Source: Octopus bimaculoides
Taxonomy: Eukaryota
Direction of reading: 5' to 3'
Assembly (NCBI RefSeq): GCF_001194135.2
Contig: NC_068998.1
Span: forward strand, 6,233,862-6,280,052
Length of the DNA stretch: 46,191 nucleotides
Position numbers and translations under genes: made by a program. The notes beneath the pieces are model-generated. The model had not been told where the DNA came from. It made no database searches and was given only the letters and a program-made list of their open reading frames with translations. Shown in pieces: positions 13,924 through 28,295 of this stretch. How positions within the stretch are numbered: the stretch's first letter is position 1; every line of letters starts with the position of its first letter.

Positions 13924-15520
13924 TTGCATATGTGTGTATGTATTTATGTATATATTTGTGAGAGCGTATGTGTGTGTATGTGCGCACCCGCGCGCGTGTG
14001 AGAAAAGACGAGAGGGAGATAGAAATTGGGAGAAAAAGTGACGTAATAAATGAGAAGAGAAAAGATTAAAAGAGAATAAAAGGAGAGGAGGGTGCACAAG
14101 AAAATGGATATATTAAAATATAGAATGTGAGAGCAAAATGATTTGAGAGGAAGAGAAAGAGAAAAGAGAGACAGAAAGAAAGGAAGAAAGAAAGAACTAC
14201 TGCCGAAGTCAAAAACTGAATGAAAGCCGAACAAAAATTAAGTTCTCGTGTGCCTGTGGTGAACATTCGAGACATCTGGCATTGAAGTCTTCACCAGTTA
14301 ATCCACTGTGGTCTTATATGACTTTCTAAAGATTAATTAATCTTAATTAAAATTACAGTATTGATTAATTTAAGTTAGCTGCTAACAGCAATTTGAAGAG
14401 AGAATATAACTAGTCTTTGTTAATTTTCATTGTTACAGTATGAAAAGAAATATCTCTCGATTCTACTGAAGAAAAGTTTTCACTTTGAACAACGGTGTTG
14501 GAAAGGTCTCCTCAGAGACTATATCGTTTAAAATAGATTTATATGAATACGTTTTACCACCACCTCCAATACAGACACACACACATACTTATTGTAACGC
14601 ATTCGCTATGTATTTTATTAATGCCCCATTTCGAACGCTAATGAAGATGTACTTTATTGCCGACCGTATTATTCAATAGAAATACCGTAAAAATAATCTA
14701 AGGCTGCGTAGCAAAGCTAGACATTGTAATCGTAAACATCTTAAGAGGAAGAAAACATCAAAAACTATAATTCTAACCACTACAATATGAACGATTAAAT
14801 CTTCGTCTGAAATGTTCCTTCTTTCATGGAACCGTGGTGAGATAAAGCCGTCCCTCCCCAGACACACATGCATACACACGCACACACATATACACACGCA
14901 TGCACGCAAATGAATGTTTTATTAAAATATAAGATTTCTTAAATCGTTACTCTGCGTATCATTTTGATAATTTGTAAAATGTCGAAAAGGAAGTAGCGTG
15001 AAAAATATAAGAAACAATATTTCGTAATTCTATGTAATTATGATTAAACAATTATATTTGATTGGTTGGCAAGAAAAAACACTTAAAATATGTTGCACGT
15101 TCATCTGTTCAATTGTTCATACATTCATTTATTCACACGCAAATTTCACCCCAAAAACTAATTTGGATATTTTCACCGCTCAGTACAAAGGAAAGAAGAT
15201 ATCGTCATGTACACATACACATAGATATACATATACATACACGTGAATGTGTGTGTATATGGTTACCTTATAGTGGAACTTTCTATTGATTGGTAACTAG
15301 CCATTGTCCCTTAATGAGGTTTATAACATTTACTTGAATATATATATGTGTGTGTGTATGTATGCATATATATGTGTGTGTGCATACATACATATATACA
15401 TGCATACCATGTCGTCAATGGTTCCATTATGATTCAGTCAATCATGTGACTTAACATTAATATACCAACTATTAGCGTAATCATCACCAGCCTTGCCAAT
15501 ATTTTAGAAGTTATACTTAC

Positions 15521-15562
15521 CTCACCGTTCAGAAAGCAGTAAAATAATGCGACCAGGAGTCC
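15521..15562 (-). CDS. GPCR exon, TM7 ([14 protein letters not shown])
   Basis: 42 nt, tttcaacag acceptor, GTAAGT donor, phase 0 to 0. Matches the 14-aa TM7 exon typical of class B1 receptors. Confidence 0.95.
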
Positions 15563-16674
15563 CTGTTGAAAATATCAAACAGAAAAAATAAATATATGAA
15601 TAAAGTGAATGTATAAGATGCTTTTGCTAAAAATTTAAAATACGAATGACTGAACTGAAGACAATGTGCCTATTTCGGTACGTTGAAAACTTCTCTTCAC
15701 TACCCCAAACCACCATTGCACCCTAAAACTTTGATGGTCACTGTATGGTGGTCAATAAAGGGAGTTATTCTTTATTCAGTTTTGCAACAAGGAAAAACTG
15801 TAACAGCAAAATCAGGAAACTAATTGTATGCATGAAAAATTTAAAAGGAAGCAACTCAGATTAGTGAATAGAGATGGCCCAATTTTGCTTCATGATAATG
15901 TACAGCCATACACTTCTCAAGCTACGGTCCACAAGTTGCAAAGCCTGAATTATGAAATTTTGGCACATCCTCCTTATTCTCCTGATATCTCTTCTACTGA
16001 TTATCACATATTTAAACACTTCGAGCTTGCTCTACGCAATAAAACATTCTTATATAAAGAAGAGGTAATTGAGGCATTTGAACAGTTTATCTGTGTAAAA
16101 GATGACAAATTCTTTGAAGATGGAATCTATGCCTTAGAGAATCGTTGGATAAAGGTCATAAATGAACAAGGATCATATTTTGATTCAATAAATAAATATT
16201 CTAAAACATAAAAAAGTAATTTTAACGTTTCCTTTTTCAAATGCGACATTTCATGTGAGAAACCTTANNNNNNNNNNNNNNNNNNNNNNNNNNNNNNNNN
16301 NNNNNNNNNNNNNNNNNNNNNNNNNNNNNNNNNNNNNNNNNNNNNNNNNNNNNNNNNNNNNNNNNNNNNNNNNNNNNNNNNNNNNNNNNNNNNNNNNNNN
16401 NNNNNNNNNNNNNNNNNNNNNNNNNNNNNNNNNNNNNNNNNNNNNNNNNNNNNNNNNNNNNNNNNNNNNNNNNNNNNNNNNNNNNNNNNNNNNNNNNNNN
16501 NNNNNNNNNNNNNNNNNNNNNNNNNNNNNNNNNNNNNNNNNNNNNNNNNNNNNNNNNNNNNNNNNNNNNNNNNNNNNNNNNNNNNNNNNNNNNNNNNNNN
16601 NNNNNNNNNNNNNNNNNNNNNNNNNNNNNNNNNNNNNNNNNNNNNNNNNNNNNNNNNNNNNNNNNNNNNNNNNN

Positions 16675-16713
<39 letters not shown>

Positions 16714-17317
16714 TCCCCAAAATGTTTGAACACGAACGACTTTTCAAAAACTGCAACGACATCGATATAATAGATAGATGACGTAAATTTAATGGATTAT
16801 AGCATGTTTGGTGATTTCCGCCAGGAGGAAACTACATTCCTGTTTCTGCTTAAAGATTGTGTTGTCATCATAATAAATTTGCGTTACTCAGCTGGAAATG
16901 TCATGCAGGAAAAATTAGGACATGATACCTGGAACGATTGCAGAACTGTGTCAATGTATATGAAAGCCGCTCCATACGGTGTACTGTCGTCTGGCTGCAT
17001 TATAAAGATAACATAGGTAATCCCAAGGAGTGGCAGGAGAACAATGGCTGCTTTCACAGCTTTTCTGTAATGAACGGTATGCGAAAATAAAAGGTTACAT
17101 AGTGAAATACAAATAGTCAGTAACACATATGTACGTATAATTCCCCCGTGCTCTCATTAAATACTCACTCACAAACTCACACACACACACAGAGTCACAC
17201 ACACATGTGTGAATATATATATATATATATATATATAGGAGAGTATTGTAGTTCGCTTGAAGCATTGTGTATTGTTTGTAAAGAATAAAAAGTTTAGGAA
17301 GGTATAACAATGCAATA

Positions 17318-17389
<72 letters not shown>

Positions 17390-18492
17390 AGTCTATCTAT
17401 ATATATANNNNNNNNNNNNNNNNNNNNNNNNNNNNNNNNNNNNNNNNNNNNNNNNNNNNNNNNNNNNNNNNNNNNNNNNNNNNNNNNNNNNNNNNNNNNN
17501 NNNNNNNNNNNNNNNNNNNNNNNNNNNNNNNNNNNNNNNNNNNNNNNNNNNNNNNNNNNNNNNNNNNNNNNNNNNNNNNNNNNNNNNNNNNNNNNNNNNN
17601 NNNNNNNNNNNNNNNNNNNNNNNNNNNNNNNNNNNNNNNNNNNNNNNNNNNNNNNNNNNNNNNNNNNNNNNNNNNNNNNNNNNNNNNNNNNNNNNNNNNN
17701 NNNNNNNNNNNNNNNNNNNNNNNNNNNNNNNNNNNNNNNNNNNNNNNNNNNNNNNNNNNNNNNNNNNNNNNNNNNNNNNNNNNNNNNNNNNNNNNNNNNN
17801 NNNNNNNNNNNNNNNNNNNNNNAGTTGATCCGATCAACGGAACAGCCTGCTCGTGAAATTAATGTGCAAGTGGCTGAGCACTCCACAGACACGTGTACCC
17901 TTAACGTAGTTCTCGGGGATAATCAGCGTGACACAGTGTGACATGGCTGACCCTTTGAATTACAGGCACAACAGAAACAGGAAGTAAGAGTCAGAGAAAG
18001 TTGTGGTGAAAGAGTACAGCAGGGTTCGCCACCATCCCCTGCCGGAGTCTCGTGGAGCTTTAGGTGTTTTCGCTCAATAAACACTCACAACGACCGGTCT
18101 GGGAATAGAAACTGCGATCCTATGACCGCGAGTCCGCTGCCCTAACCACTGGGCTACTGCGCCTCCACGTTATAGAATAAGTAACATAGAAACAAACAAG
18201 AATAACCATTTGCATGTCTTAAATTGGCCAATTAATGACAGTTGTTTTCGATGAAGCAATTTCACGACGGATTCGTCTTCTGTATCGTTCAATCGATGAT
18301 TGTGTAAAAGACTATTTGTTGCAAACGCGACATAGAAACGGTTGAGTAATCAAATCTGTCACAGGTAGTTCGACTGATGTGATGAGAAAGTAAATCATGG
18401 AAACTATGAAGATATTTACCATACATAAGAAAGCAGATATGGTAGATATCAGAAGATATTTATTTTAAGTCATGCTTTTTTTCTTCTATTTT

Positions 18493-18569
<77 letters not shown>

Positions 18570-18731
18570 TCTGCTTGTAATGTCTGAGATCATAGTATTC
18601 GTTTTGATACAGTTAGAAAGTACGTGGAGTATGTTTCAAGTGATTTCATTCATTTTTGTATGAATTGTATTATATTTCCGAGAAGAGAACGTGCATAACC
18701 TGATACGTACGTACATACATGCATACATACA

Positions 18732-18764
<33 letters not shown>

Positions 18765-19241
18765 GCATGCAATATATATATGTACGTATATATGTGTGTG
18801 CGTCCCTGTATGGAAGTACGTATGTATATTATATTACATAAATATATATTTAAGTGTATATACATGCATATACATAAGTACCTACATATATGTGTATGTG
18901 TTTGCGTGTCTGTGTGTGTGCGTGTCTGTGTGTGTGCGTGTGTGCATATGTGTATGTATATATAGACATATACATATGTATATATTATATATATATATAC
19001 ACACACACAGAGATCTATATGTGTACGTACGTGGGTGTGTTGATATGTATGTATATATCGCCTCCACGTATAGAGAAGGAGCTTATATTTAATAAGCAAT
19101 ACAATGAGGCCGAGTGTCTCACGGATGAAAGTAGCATATTTCAACAATGATAATCAACGGCAATTTCCATAAATTGTATTAAGTATACATACATTCATCC
19201 ATAAATACATATATACATATACAGCTATAGGCATGTACACG

Positions 19242-19288
<47 letters not shown>

Positions 19289-20920
19289 GTATGTATGTAT
19301 GTATGTATGTACATATATATGTCTGCCTGATTACACGCATACACGATCTCTCTAATAACTCATTTTTAAAATATCTTGTTTACTGAGATGTGAAGTTTGA
19401 TAACGATTATATAGTTATTGAAATTCCATTTGTTATATAATGACGTGTATATACATATATATGAGTGTGTGTGTGTGTGTACGTGCATGCGTGTGCGTGT
19501 ATGCGCATACACACATACATACACACAGACACATACAATCAGATATCCGCTAGCTACTCAGTAGAATGGGGTATTAAAAATCTATTACCGCTCCGAAATA
19601 GATTTTTAGTAAAATATAATATAATATAATATAATATAATATAATATAATATAATATAATATAATATAATATATATATATATATATATANNNNNNNNNNN
19701 NNNNNNNNNNNNNNNNNNNNNNNNNNNNNNNNNNNNNNNNNNNNNNNNNNNNNNNNNNNNNNNNNNNNNNNNNNNNNNNNNNNNNNNNNNNNNNNNNNNN
19801 NNNNNNNNNNNNNNNNNNNNNNNNNNNNNNNNNNNNNNNNNNNNNNNNNNNNNNNNNNNNNNNNNNNNNNNNNNNNNNNNNNNNNNNNNNNNNNNNNNNN
19901 NNNNNNNATATATATACGGTTAATAGAACGTACATCCTAATTTCATTGTAGAATATATCATCCAGTTGATAACATAACTTGATATAATGGAAATCACATG
20001 ACCATTGTTTAATCTGACCTTGGACACCATGCATACTTATCGATCTAATTGTGTGTGAAATGAGATATTAGCGGAAAGGGAAATTGTATCGTTCGTGAAA
20101 TTAAGGGTGAAGACTGGGTGAGTGGAAGACGAAAACCCGGTGAATAATAATACACATCACAGTTGTTAGTAAGGAAACTGGTGTTTGTATGCATCGTCAA
20201 AAATATATTTTACTTGTTTGAGTCACTAGACTGCGGCGATGCTGGGCCACCGCCTTGGCGAACTTTTTAGTTGAATGAATTGATTCCAGTATATTTTGTT
20301 TTTGTAAGCCTGGTTTTTATTTTGTCTGAGAGAAAGAGAATTTGATGGATGCATACATTCATTGACGTGACATTTCTCAATCTTATTTGTTCTTGTTGAG
20401 AGAAATCATTTAACAACAGTTTGAACAAAATCAAGTCGTATGACAAAAATACATAAATGCATAAATTACTGTAAATTCTTTTGGCTTTTTGAAATATTTC
20501 TTACCTGTAATCTGTTGCTTCAGGTGTATTTGTCATTCGCAGTTTCGTTATCAGAATCCAGAGGATGCTGATAAAAAATATAACATTTGCCTGTTGAAAA
20601 GTGAAGAGAAAAAATATGTATGAGAATAAAAATTTTCGTTGAGACACTCAATCGATAAAGAACATACACACACACACATTCGTATGCATTCAGTCTCTTA
20701 CAACATACACATTAACAAAATCGCATAAATGTACCATAATAATGGTAAGAAATCTATCAGGCACAGCTGTGTGGATAAAAAGGTTGCTTTGCAATCACGA
20801 AGTTTCGGGTTCAGTCGCATTGCTCATCAGTATAGACAAGAGTCTTCTATTATAGTCCCGAGTCAACCTTTTCACTTGAATTTAGTGGACGGAATCTGTG
20901 TGAAAACTCCTCGAACCCAT

Positions 20921-21002
<82 letters not shown>

Positions 21003-22952
21003 GTGTATCTGTGTGTCTGTCTGTCTATCTCCCCGCTTGTATGTCTGTATGTGTATATGTATGTCTTTGTGTTTGTACTCCTCACCGCTTGACAACCGAT
21101 GTCCTTTTATCTACGTCTCAGTAATCTAGCAGCTCGGCAAAAGAGACCGATGGAATAAGATCTAACCTTTAACAAAAATTAACACGAGAGTCGATTTGTT
21201 CGATTAAACTTCTCAAGGCGCTGACTCACCATGATGACAGTCGAAAAAAAGACAGAAAAAAGTAAGATAAAAGAGATAAAAATAAAATTACCGTAAACCT
21301 TTAGAAGTACAGACTTATAGCTGGTTTTGCAACACCTACAAAAGCTTTTTATTCGCAGCCTACAAGAAACTTGCTGTTTTCCAGCAGAACAATATGATAT
21401 CAGAGGAGAAGAAAGGTGAGCAGTAAAGGGATCTATCGTTGTTTAAAGCAACTACTGGCGAATAAGGTTAAAGAAAAACAAACCAGCTGATAGAGTAAAA
21501 ACAAAACTTGGAAAAAAAAAAAAAAAAGATACATTGTGATTCCGGACACAAGCTGGTGTTTCTAGGTTGTGAGTGATGTATTGCCTTCATCAGCGGATAA
21601 CAAGGCTTAAGCCTAAAAGCAAAACTACAGCAGATATACACATTTGGAGAAATATAATGAAATATGCTACAGGGAAAGAACGAAATGAACCGAAAATATA
21701 GCGAATTCCTGTACAGTCTCTTCTCTTGCATAATCAAATGTACACAAGAAATGTAAAGAAATTAGCATTAAATCAATTTACAGAAATTTTCATTACCTTT
21801 ATAAAGGAAATATATATTACGCAAATATAACGGAACTATTTTTTTTTCCTGCAAAGTATCTTAGCAGAAAACCAAAGAAACATCAAAGGGATTAATGTTA
21901 AGAGCAATAATTTAATATTAAATAACGATGGCTACAACGAAAGGAACGCAGCATAGTAACATTGATTGTCTGCCAAATACCACTCATATATTTTTATTTT
22001 TGTTTCTGTGTGAGGTAGTTTGTGGTGTGTAGGATGTCTTGTGGATTTGCTAACAGCGTGCGATGTAATATTCTAAATGGATGGTGATTGCATGGAGGAC
22101 ATGTTTTATGGATTCTGCTATATTGTTGGATGGGGATTACTTTCAGAATGTGCTGTGTGACGTGTGCAGAAAGTAGGAAGGATATAGAGCCTCTTCGAAA
22201 GTGTCATGTTCTTGGTACAAGGCTTTGTCTAACTTTTTGCCTTATCGTGACATGCACGCGAACACACACATAGATGTGTGTGTATATATGTATATATATA
22301 TAATGATAATAATATTAGGGATAAAATCCAAATTTAGAAGTAAAAACTCAATTAAATTAAATTTATCAAAAATTAAAATTAAATTAAGTTTCACAGTATA
22401 AAATATATAAATATATAGTTTTAGAATTTACTTATTAATTTTTCTATATGCGACTGTGGATTTTCATAAATGAGTTCATGAACTTTGGTTCTTTTCTCTA
22501 AAACTATATATTTATATATATATGTATATGCATATATATGCATACTACACACACACGTGTGTATATATTTAATTACTAATTGATCACAGATTAATTTTGA
22601 CTATCAAAAACACCGAATTTCAGGTGAGATAGCCCTGAAACTGTAGCTTTTTGATATTCCACATTAGAATAGTGAGACACACGGAATTAGATCCTACGGT
22701 AAGAATGAATTTAATAGCAAAAGAACAGAAGTCACCGAATAGCAGGTTATTGGATTGACGCTTGGTCTACACGAATTGAGTTAGACCACATGAGTTCAAC
22801 AAAGAGTAATAATCCATTATAGTTAAGTGCAACATGGAGATTGCTGAAGTGATATCGCGTAAGTGTCCGCTGTAATTCATCAAAATTGTAATTACGGCAG
22901 AACGACAAAATATCGAAAGATAGATGGGTAAGTACTCGTCGATGTAGCGATA

Positions 22953-23041
<89 letters not shown>

Positions 23042-23483
23042 CCTTTCTACTAAAGGCACAAGTCCTGAAATTTTGGGGGAGGGGTCCAGTCGATTATATC
23101 GACCCCAGTGTTTCACTGGTACTTATTTTATCGACTCAGAAAGGATGAGAGGCAAAGACTACCTCGGCGGAATTTGAACCCAGAACATAAAGACTGCGAA
23201 GCCTTTCGCTCGGCGCGATAATGAATCTACAAGCTTGTCGCCTGATAATAAAAATAATAATAATGATTATTATTTCAAATTTTTCCACAAAGGCAACTTG
23301 GAGGAGGTGGGGATGAGTCGATTACATCGACTCCTGTGGTTCAAATGGGACTTATTTTATCGACCCCGAAAGGATGAGAGGCAAAGTCGACCTCGGCGGA
23401 ACTTGAACACAGAACGTAGCGGCAGACGAAATACCGCTAAGTCTTTCGCCCCGGCTAGATAACTATCTTACCAGCTCACCACC

Positions 23484-23539
<56 letters not shown>

Positions 23540-24300
23540 CCAATAACCTGTGCATGTATTTAAAGAGGGAAACTGAAAGAATCCAGAAATGTGTGTGTGT
23601 GTGTGCTCCCGCGCATGCCTGTGTGTGAGTGTGCGTCTGTATGTGTGCGCGTGCGTATGTCTTTGTGTCAGTTTTTGCNNNNNNNNNNNNNNNNNNNNNN
23701 NNNNNNNNNNNNNNNNNNNNNNNNNNNNNNNNNNNNNNNNNNNNNNNNNNNNNNNNNNNNNNNNNNNNNNNNNNNNNNNNNNNNNNNNNNNNNNNNNNNN
23801 NNNNNNNNNNNNNNNNNNNNNNNNNNNNNNNNNNNNNNNNNNNNNNNNNNNNNNNNNNNNNNNNNNNNNNNNNNNNNNNNNNNNNNNNNNNNNNNNNNNN
23901 NNNNNNNNNNNNNNNNNNNNNNNNNNNNNNNNNNNNNNNNNNNNNNNNNNNNNNNNNNNNNNNNNNNNNNNNNNNNNNNNNNNNNNNNNNNNNNNNNNNN
24001 NNNNNNNNNNNNNNNNNNNNNNNNNNNNNNNNNNNNNNNNNNNNNNNNATCTGCTCCTCCCCCCATCTGCTCCTCCCCCAACAGCTAAAACAATGGCATA
24101 AGGAACAAAATAAATGGAATGAAATTATTCAAGATGAGTAAACATACCAATAAGACGACAAAGACGGGAATGTGATGGATGTAATCATAAATAGATTCTT
24201 TGGTCCAGCAACTGCAGAAGAAGAAATGGCGTATGAGAGATATTCATTTAGTTATTACAGCAATGTGGCGTAATAATTGTAAACACAATAACATACACAC

Positions 24301-24364
<64 letters not shown>

Positions 24365-24365
24365 G

Positions 24366-24418
<53 letters not shown>

Positions 24419-24428
24419 NNNNNNNNNN

Positions 24429-24479
<51 letters not shown>

Positions 24480-24480
24480 G

Positions 24481-24555
<75 letters not shown>

Positions 24556-24623
24556 CATAAGCATTTATTATACTTAGGCGCAAATGTATACATACATAGA
24601 TACATAAATACATACATACATAC

Positions 24624-24667
<44 letters not shown>

Positions 24668-25196
24668 GTATCTAATGAGGTATTTTACTTACGAATANNN
24701 NNNNNNNNNNNNNNNNNNNNNNNNNNNNNNNNNNNNNNNNNNNNNNNNNNNNNNNNNNNNNNNNNNNNNNNNNNNTATATATATATATATATATATTCTG
24801 AGAGAGAGAGAGAAAGAGAGATACACAAACATATAATCGCTTTCCCACATAATTACATTCACATATATCTTTGAGCAATAAATATTAATATATTATATAG
24901 CCGGATCTTAATTTTAAAATACCGGTTATATAATATACATATATTTTAATATATTTACCTTGAACTCTTTATAAATTTAGTTAGAACACGTAATCTTATA
25001 TTAGTTTATCTTGCTCAAAGCCATTCATTTAGTGAGATCTTCCTCTATTCTACAGGCAACGATCCGTGCATACGTTATATAGAAACAATGCGACGGACTG
25101 AAGATTCTGAGTGCTAAAAGCAGGTTTGAAGTGTCGTACACTTTCACCTAATACACACTCACACAGACATACACATATACGCCCAGCACACGCACA

Positions 25197-25227
<31 letters not shown>

Positions 25228-25411
25228 CATACGCAGGCATGGTTGTGTGGTAAGAAGCTTGCTTTTCAACCACATGATTCAGAGTTCAGCCCCACTGCGT
25301 GACATCTTGAGCAAGTGTCTTCTACTATAGCTTCGGGCCGAGCAAAGCCTTGTGAGTGGATTTGGTAGACAGAAACCGAAAGAAGCCCGTCGTATGTATG
25401 TGTGTATATAT

Positions 25412-25448
<37 letters not shown>

Positions 25449-26802
25449 TGTATATGCCTTTGTGTTTGTGTATCTCCCCCACCACCGAGTGATAGCGTGT
25501 GTTGTTGTATTTAAGTCCCCGTAACATAGCGGTTCAACAAATGAGTCCCATAGAATACGTTACTAGGCTGTAAGAAAAAAATAAGTACTAGACTTGATTG
25601 ATTCGACTAAGAATTTCTTAATGGTGGTGCCCCAGCATGACCACAGTCTAATGACTGAAACAGGTTAAAAATTAAACGTAGAAGAAAAGATCTCTGTATG
25701 CAACCAGCTGGCAGAATCGTTACATCGCCGGACAAAATGCTTAGAGGCATTTCGTTCGTCTTTATGTTCTGAGTTCAAACTCTGCCAAAGTCGACTTTGC
25801 CTTCACCATTTTGAGGTCGATGAAATAAGTAACAGTCAAGCACTGTAGTCGATGCAACTGTCTAGCTCCCTTCTACAAAACCTCAGGTCCTGTCCCTATA
25901 AAAAAATAAAAATTATTATGGTCATCCCTTGAACATTTTTGAAAGGATATTCGTTCAAAAAGGTTTTCCTTATTCCTGATTGTAGTGTTTCTTGCTTGCG
26001 TATTCCAACTCCTTTACAAAAAGAAACCCGATTTTTATAATTGTGGTATGTCACACAATATTGCACAATATTCGTTTTGCAGTTCTGTGACGTGAAGAGA
26101 CGATACCCTCAACCGCTTGGAAACTAGTTCGAGATGAAATTTTAGGAACGAACAGTCTTTCGAATTAAGACAGACACAACTCTTCCCATCCCCGTCTTTT
26201 CTCATACAATTCTTTCGTCACAGTAGTTCCTGATCTAAATAGTAAACATATTTTTGTTTCCTCTTATTTCATCATCTTGTTTATTTACCCAGAAACATTT
26301 TCACCTGCACGCATTGCTATATACTCTGAACGATGTACAATATAGAACATATTTCATTTCTAAACTTAAAATTATTATCGTCAAATTCGAAAAGCCAGAT
26401 GTGAGTTTTTACAATCATAACACTTACCTCTGGTACCAAATTAATCTGTTCGCTTTCGCATCTGTATTTACGTCTCAGATATACGTATATATGCATGCAG
26501 ACAGAAGCGCTAATATACAATGATTTTCAAGAAAAAAAAATGTGCTGAAAGATGGCGACAGAAAACTAATATAAGTATTACGGTGACGTTATATAAGATT
26601 AATGGAATGATATTACTGACGTCATAAATAAATGAAAGTCTTTACTTACTCGTTGCTTGTTCTCTTCATTTGTATTACAGCCCAAACCAATATGAACGGC
26701 ACCGGCAAACCTGGAAAGTAGAAACAATTTAACAGAAATTATAATCAGATATGTGTAACAACAAAAATTGTTTAAAAACTCATAAATCTATTTGTCGTGT
26801 TT

Positions 26803-26857
<55 letters not shown>

Positions 26858-27008
26858 NNNNNNNNNNNNNNNNNNNNNNNNNNNNNNNNNNNNNNNNNNN
26901 NNNNNNNNNNNNNNNNNNNNNNNNNNNNNNNNNNNNNNNNNNNNNNNNNNNNNNNNNNNNNNNNNNNNNNNNNNNNNNNNNNNNNNNNNNNNNNNNNNNN
27001 NNNNNNNN

Positions 27009-27061
<53 letters not shown>

Positions 27062-27220
27062 TGCGTGTGTGTGCTTGCGTGTGTGTATGTGTTGTAGATT
27101 GTTTAAAGTGGTGTACAGATTTTATTAAAGCCAAGAAGATAGTGAAGATTTTGGATAATTATTTATTTAGCGCTTTCATCTCATTTCAGAGATTCATCAA
27201 TTCATTAGGGATGATGTGTG

Positions 27221-27254
<34 letters not shown>

Positions 27255-27780
27255 TGTGTGTGTGTGTGTGTGTGCGTGCGTGTGTATTTTCACGTGTGTT
27301 CGTGTATATTGCATATTTTCGTGCGAAGACTTGAACGACCTTATTTAATATATGATTTCTTTATGAAGATATAAGGCTTTTGCTCGAGAAAGATTTCACA
27401 GCTATTCCAAGAAAGACCAAATACTCTACTTAGCAAATCAGTCCTAAAACATTATACTTAATAGTTGTAGTCTCGTACGTCGTTTAGATATTTGTCATGT
27501 GGTCGTTATATTTTTTTTTATCTTACTCCCTCTATATTTTCCTTGCAGATAGATTCCTATTATGCAGTAACAATTATATATATTTATCCATATTTTACGC
27601 TCTTAGTAAACAAAGATAATGCAAAGGCGAATGAAAGTTCGGTAAGTAGGTAATCTAAGGCAATTTAGAAAGAAATGCGTTTTATTTTTAGCCGGGAGAT
27701 ACCATTGATAATCTAATTGTATATTTACTCCTACGCGCACACATACATATAGACACACTCACTCATTCATATATATGTAT

Positions 27781-27834
<54 letters not shown>

Positions 27835-27970
27835 GTACATACATATGTGTGTACAATGTGTAAATCTATATATCTGTATATATATGCGTATATGTATATA
27901 TGTATATATATGTATATGTAAATACATATGTTTATATATATGCATATGTATATATATATATATGTAAATG

Positions 27971-28032
<62 letters not shown>

Positions 28033-28252
28033 TGTGTATATACATGTATACACTTATATATATATATATGTATATATATGTATATATTTATGGATATGTA
28101 TATGTATATATAAATGTATATATTTATATGTATATATATGTATATATATGTATATATTTATGTATATACATATATATATATATTTATATATATATGTATA
28201 TGTATGTATATATATTTGTATATATATGTATATGTAAATATATGTGTATATA

Positions 28253-28295
<43 letters not shown>

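Noticed and set aside
14200-14325. Minus-strand HIRPQWINW*RLQ...MSRMFTT, vaguely like a CRF-receptor tail
   Set aside because: It has an in-frame stop and no phase-0 acceptor in that frame.
24049-24080. atctgctcctcccc repeated twice next to a gap
   Set aside because: It may be the edge of a minisatellite or an assembly overlap; the gap prevents assessment.
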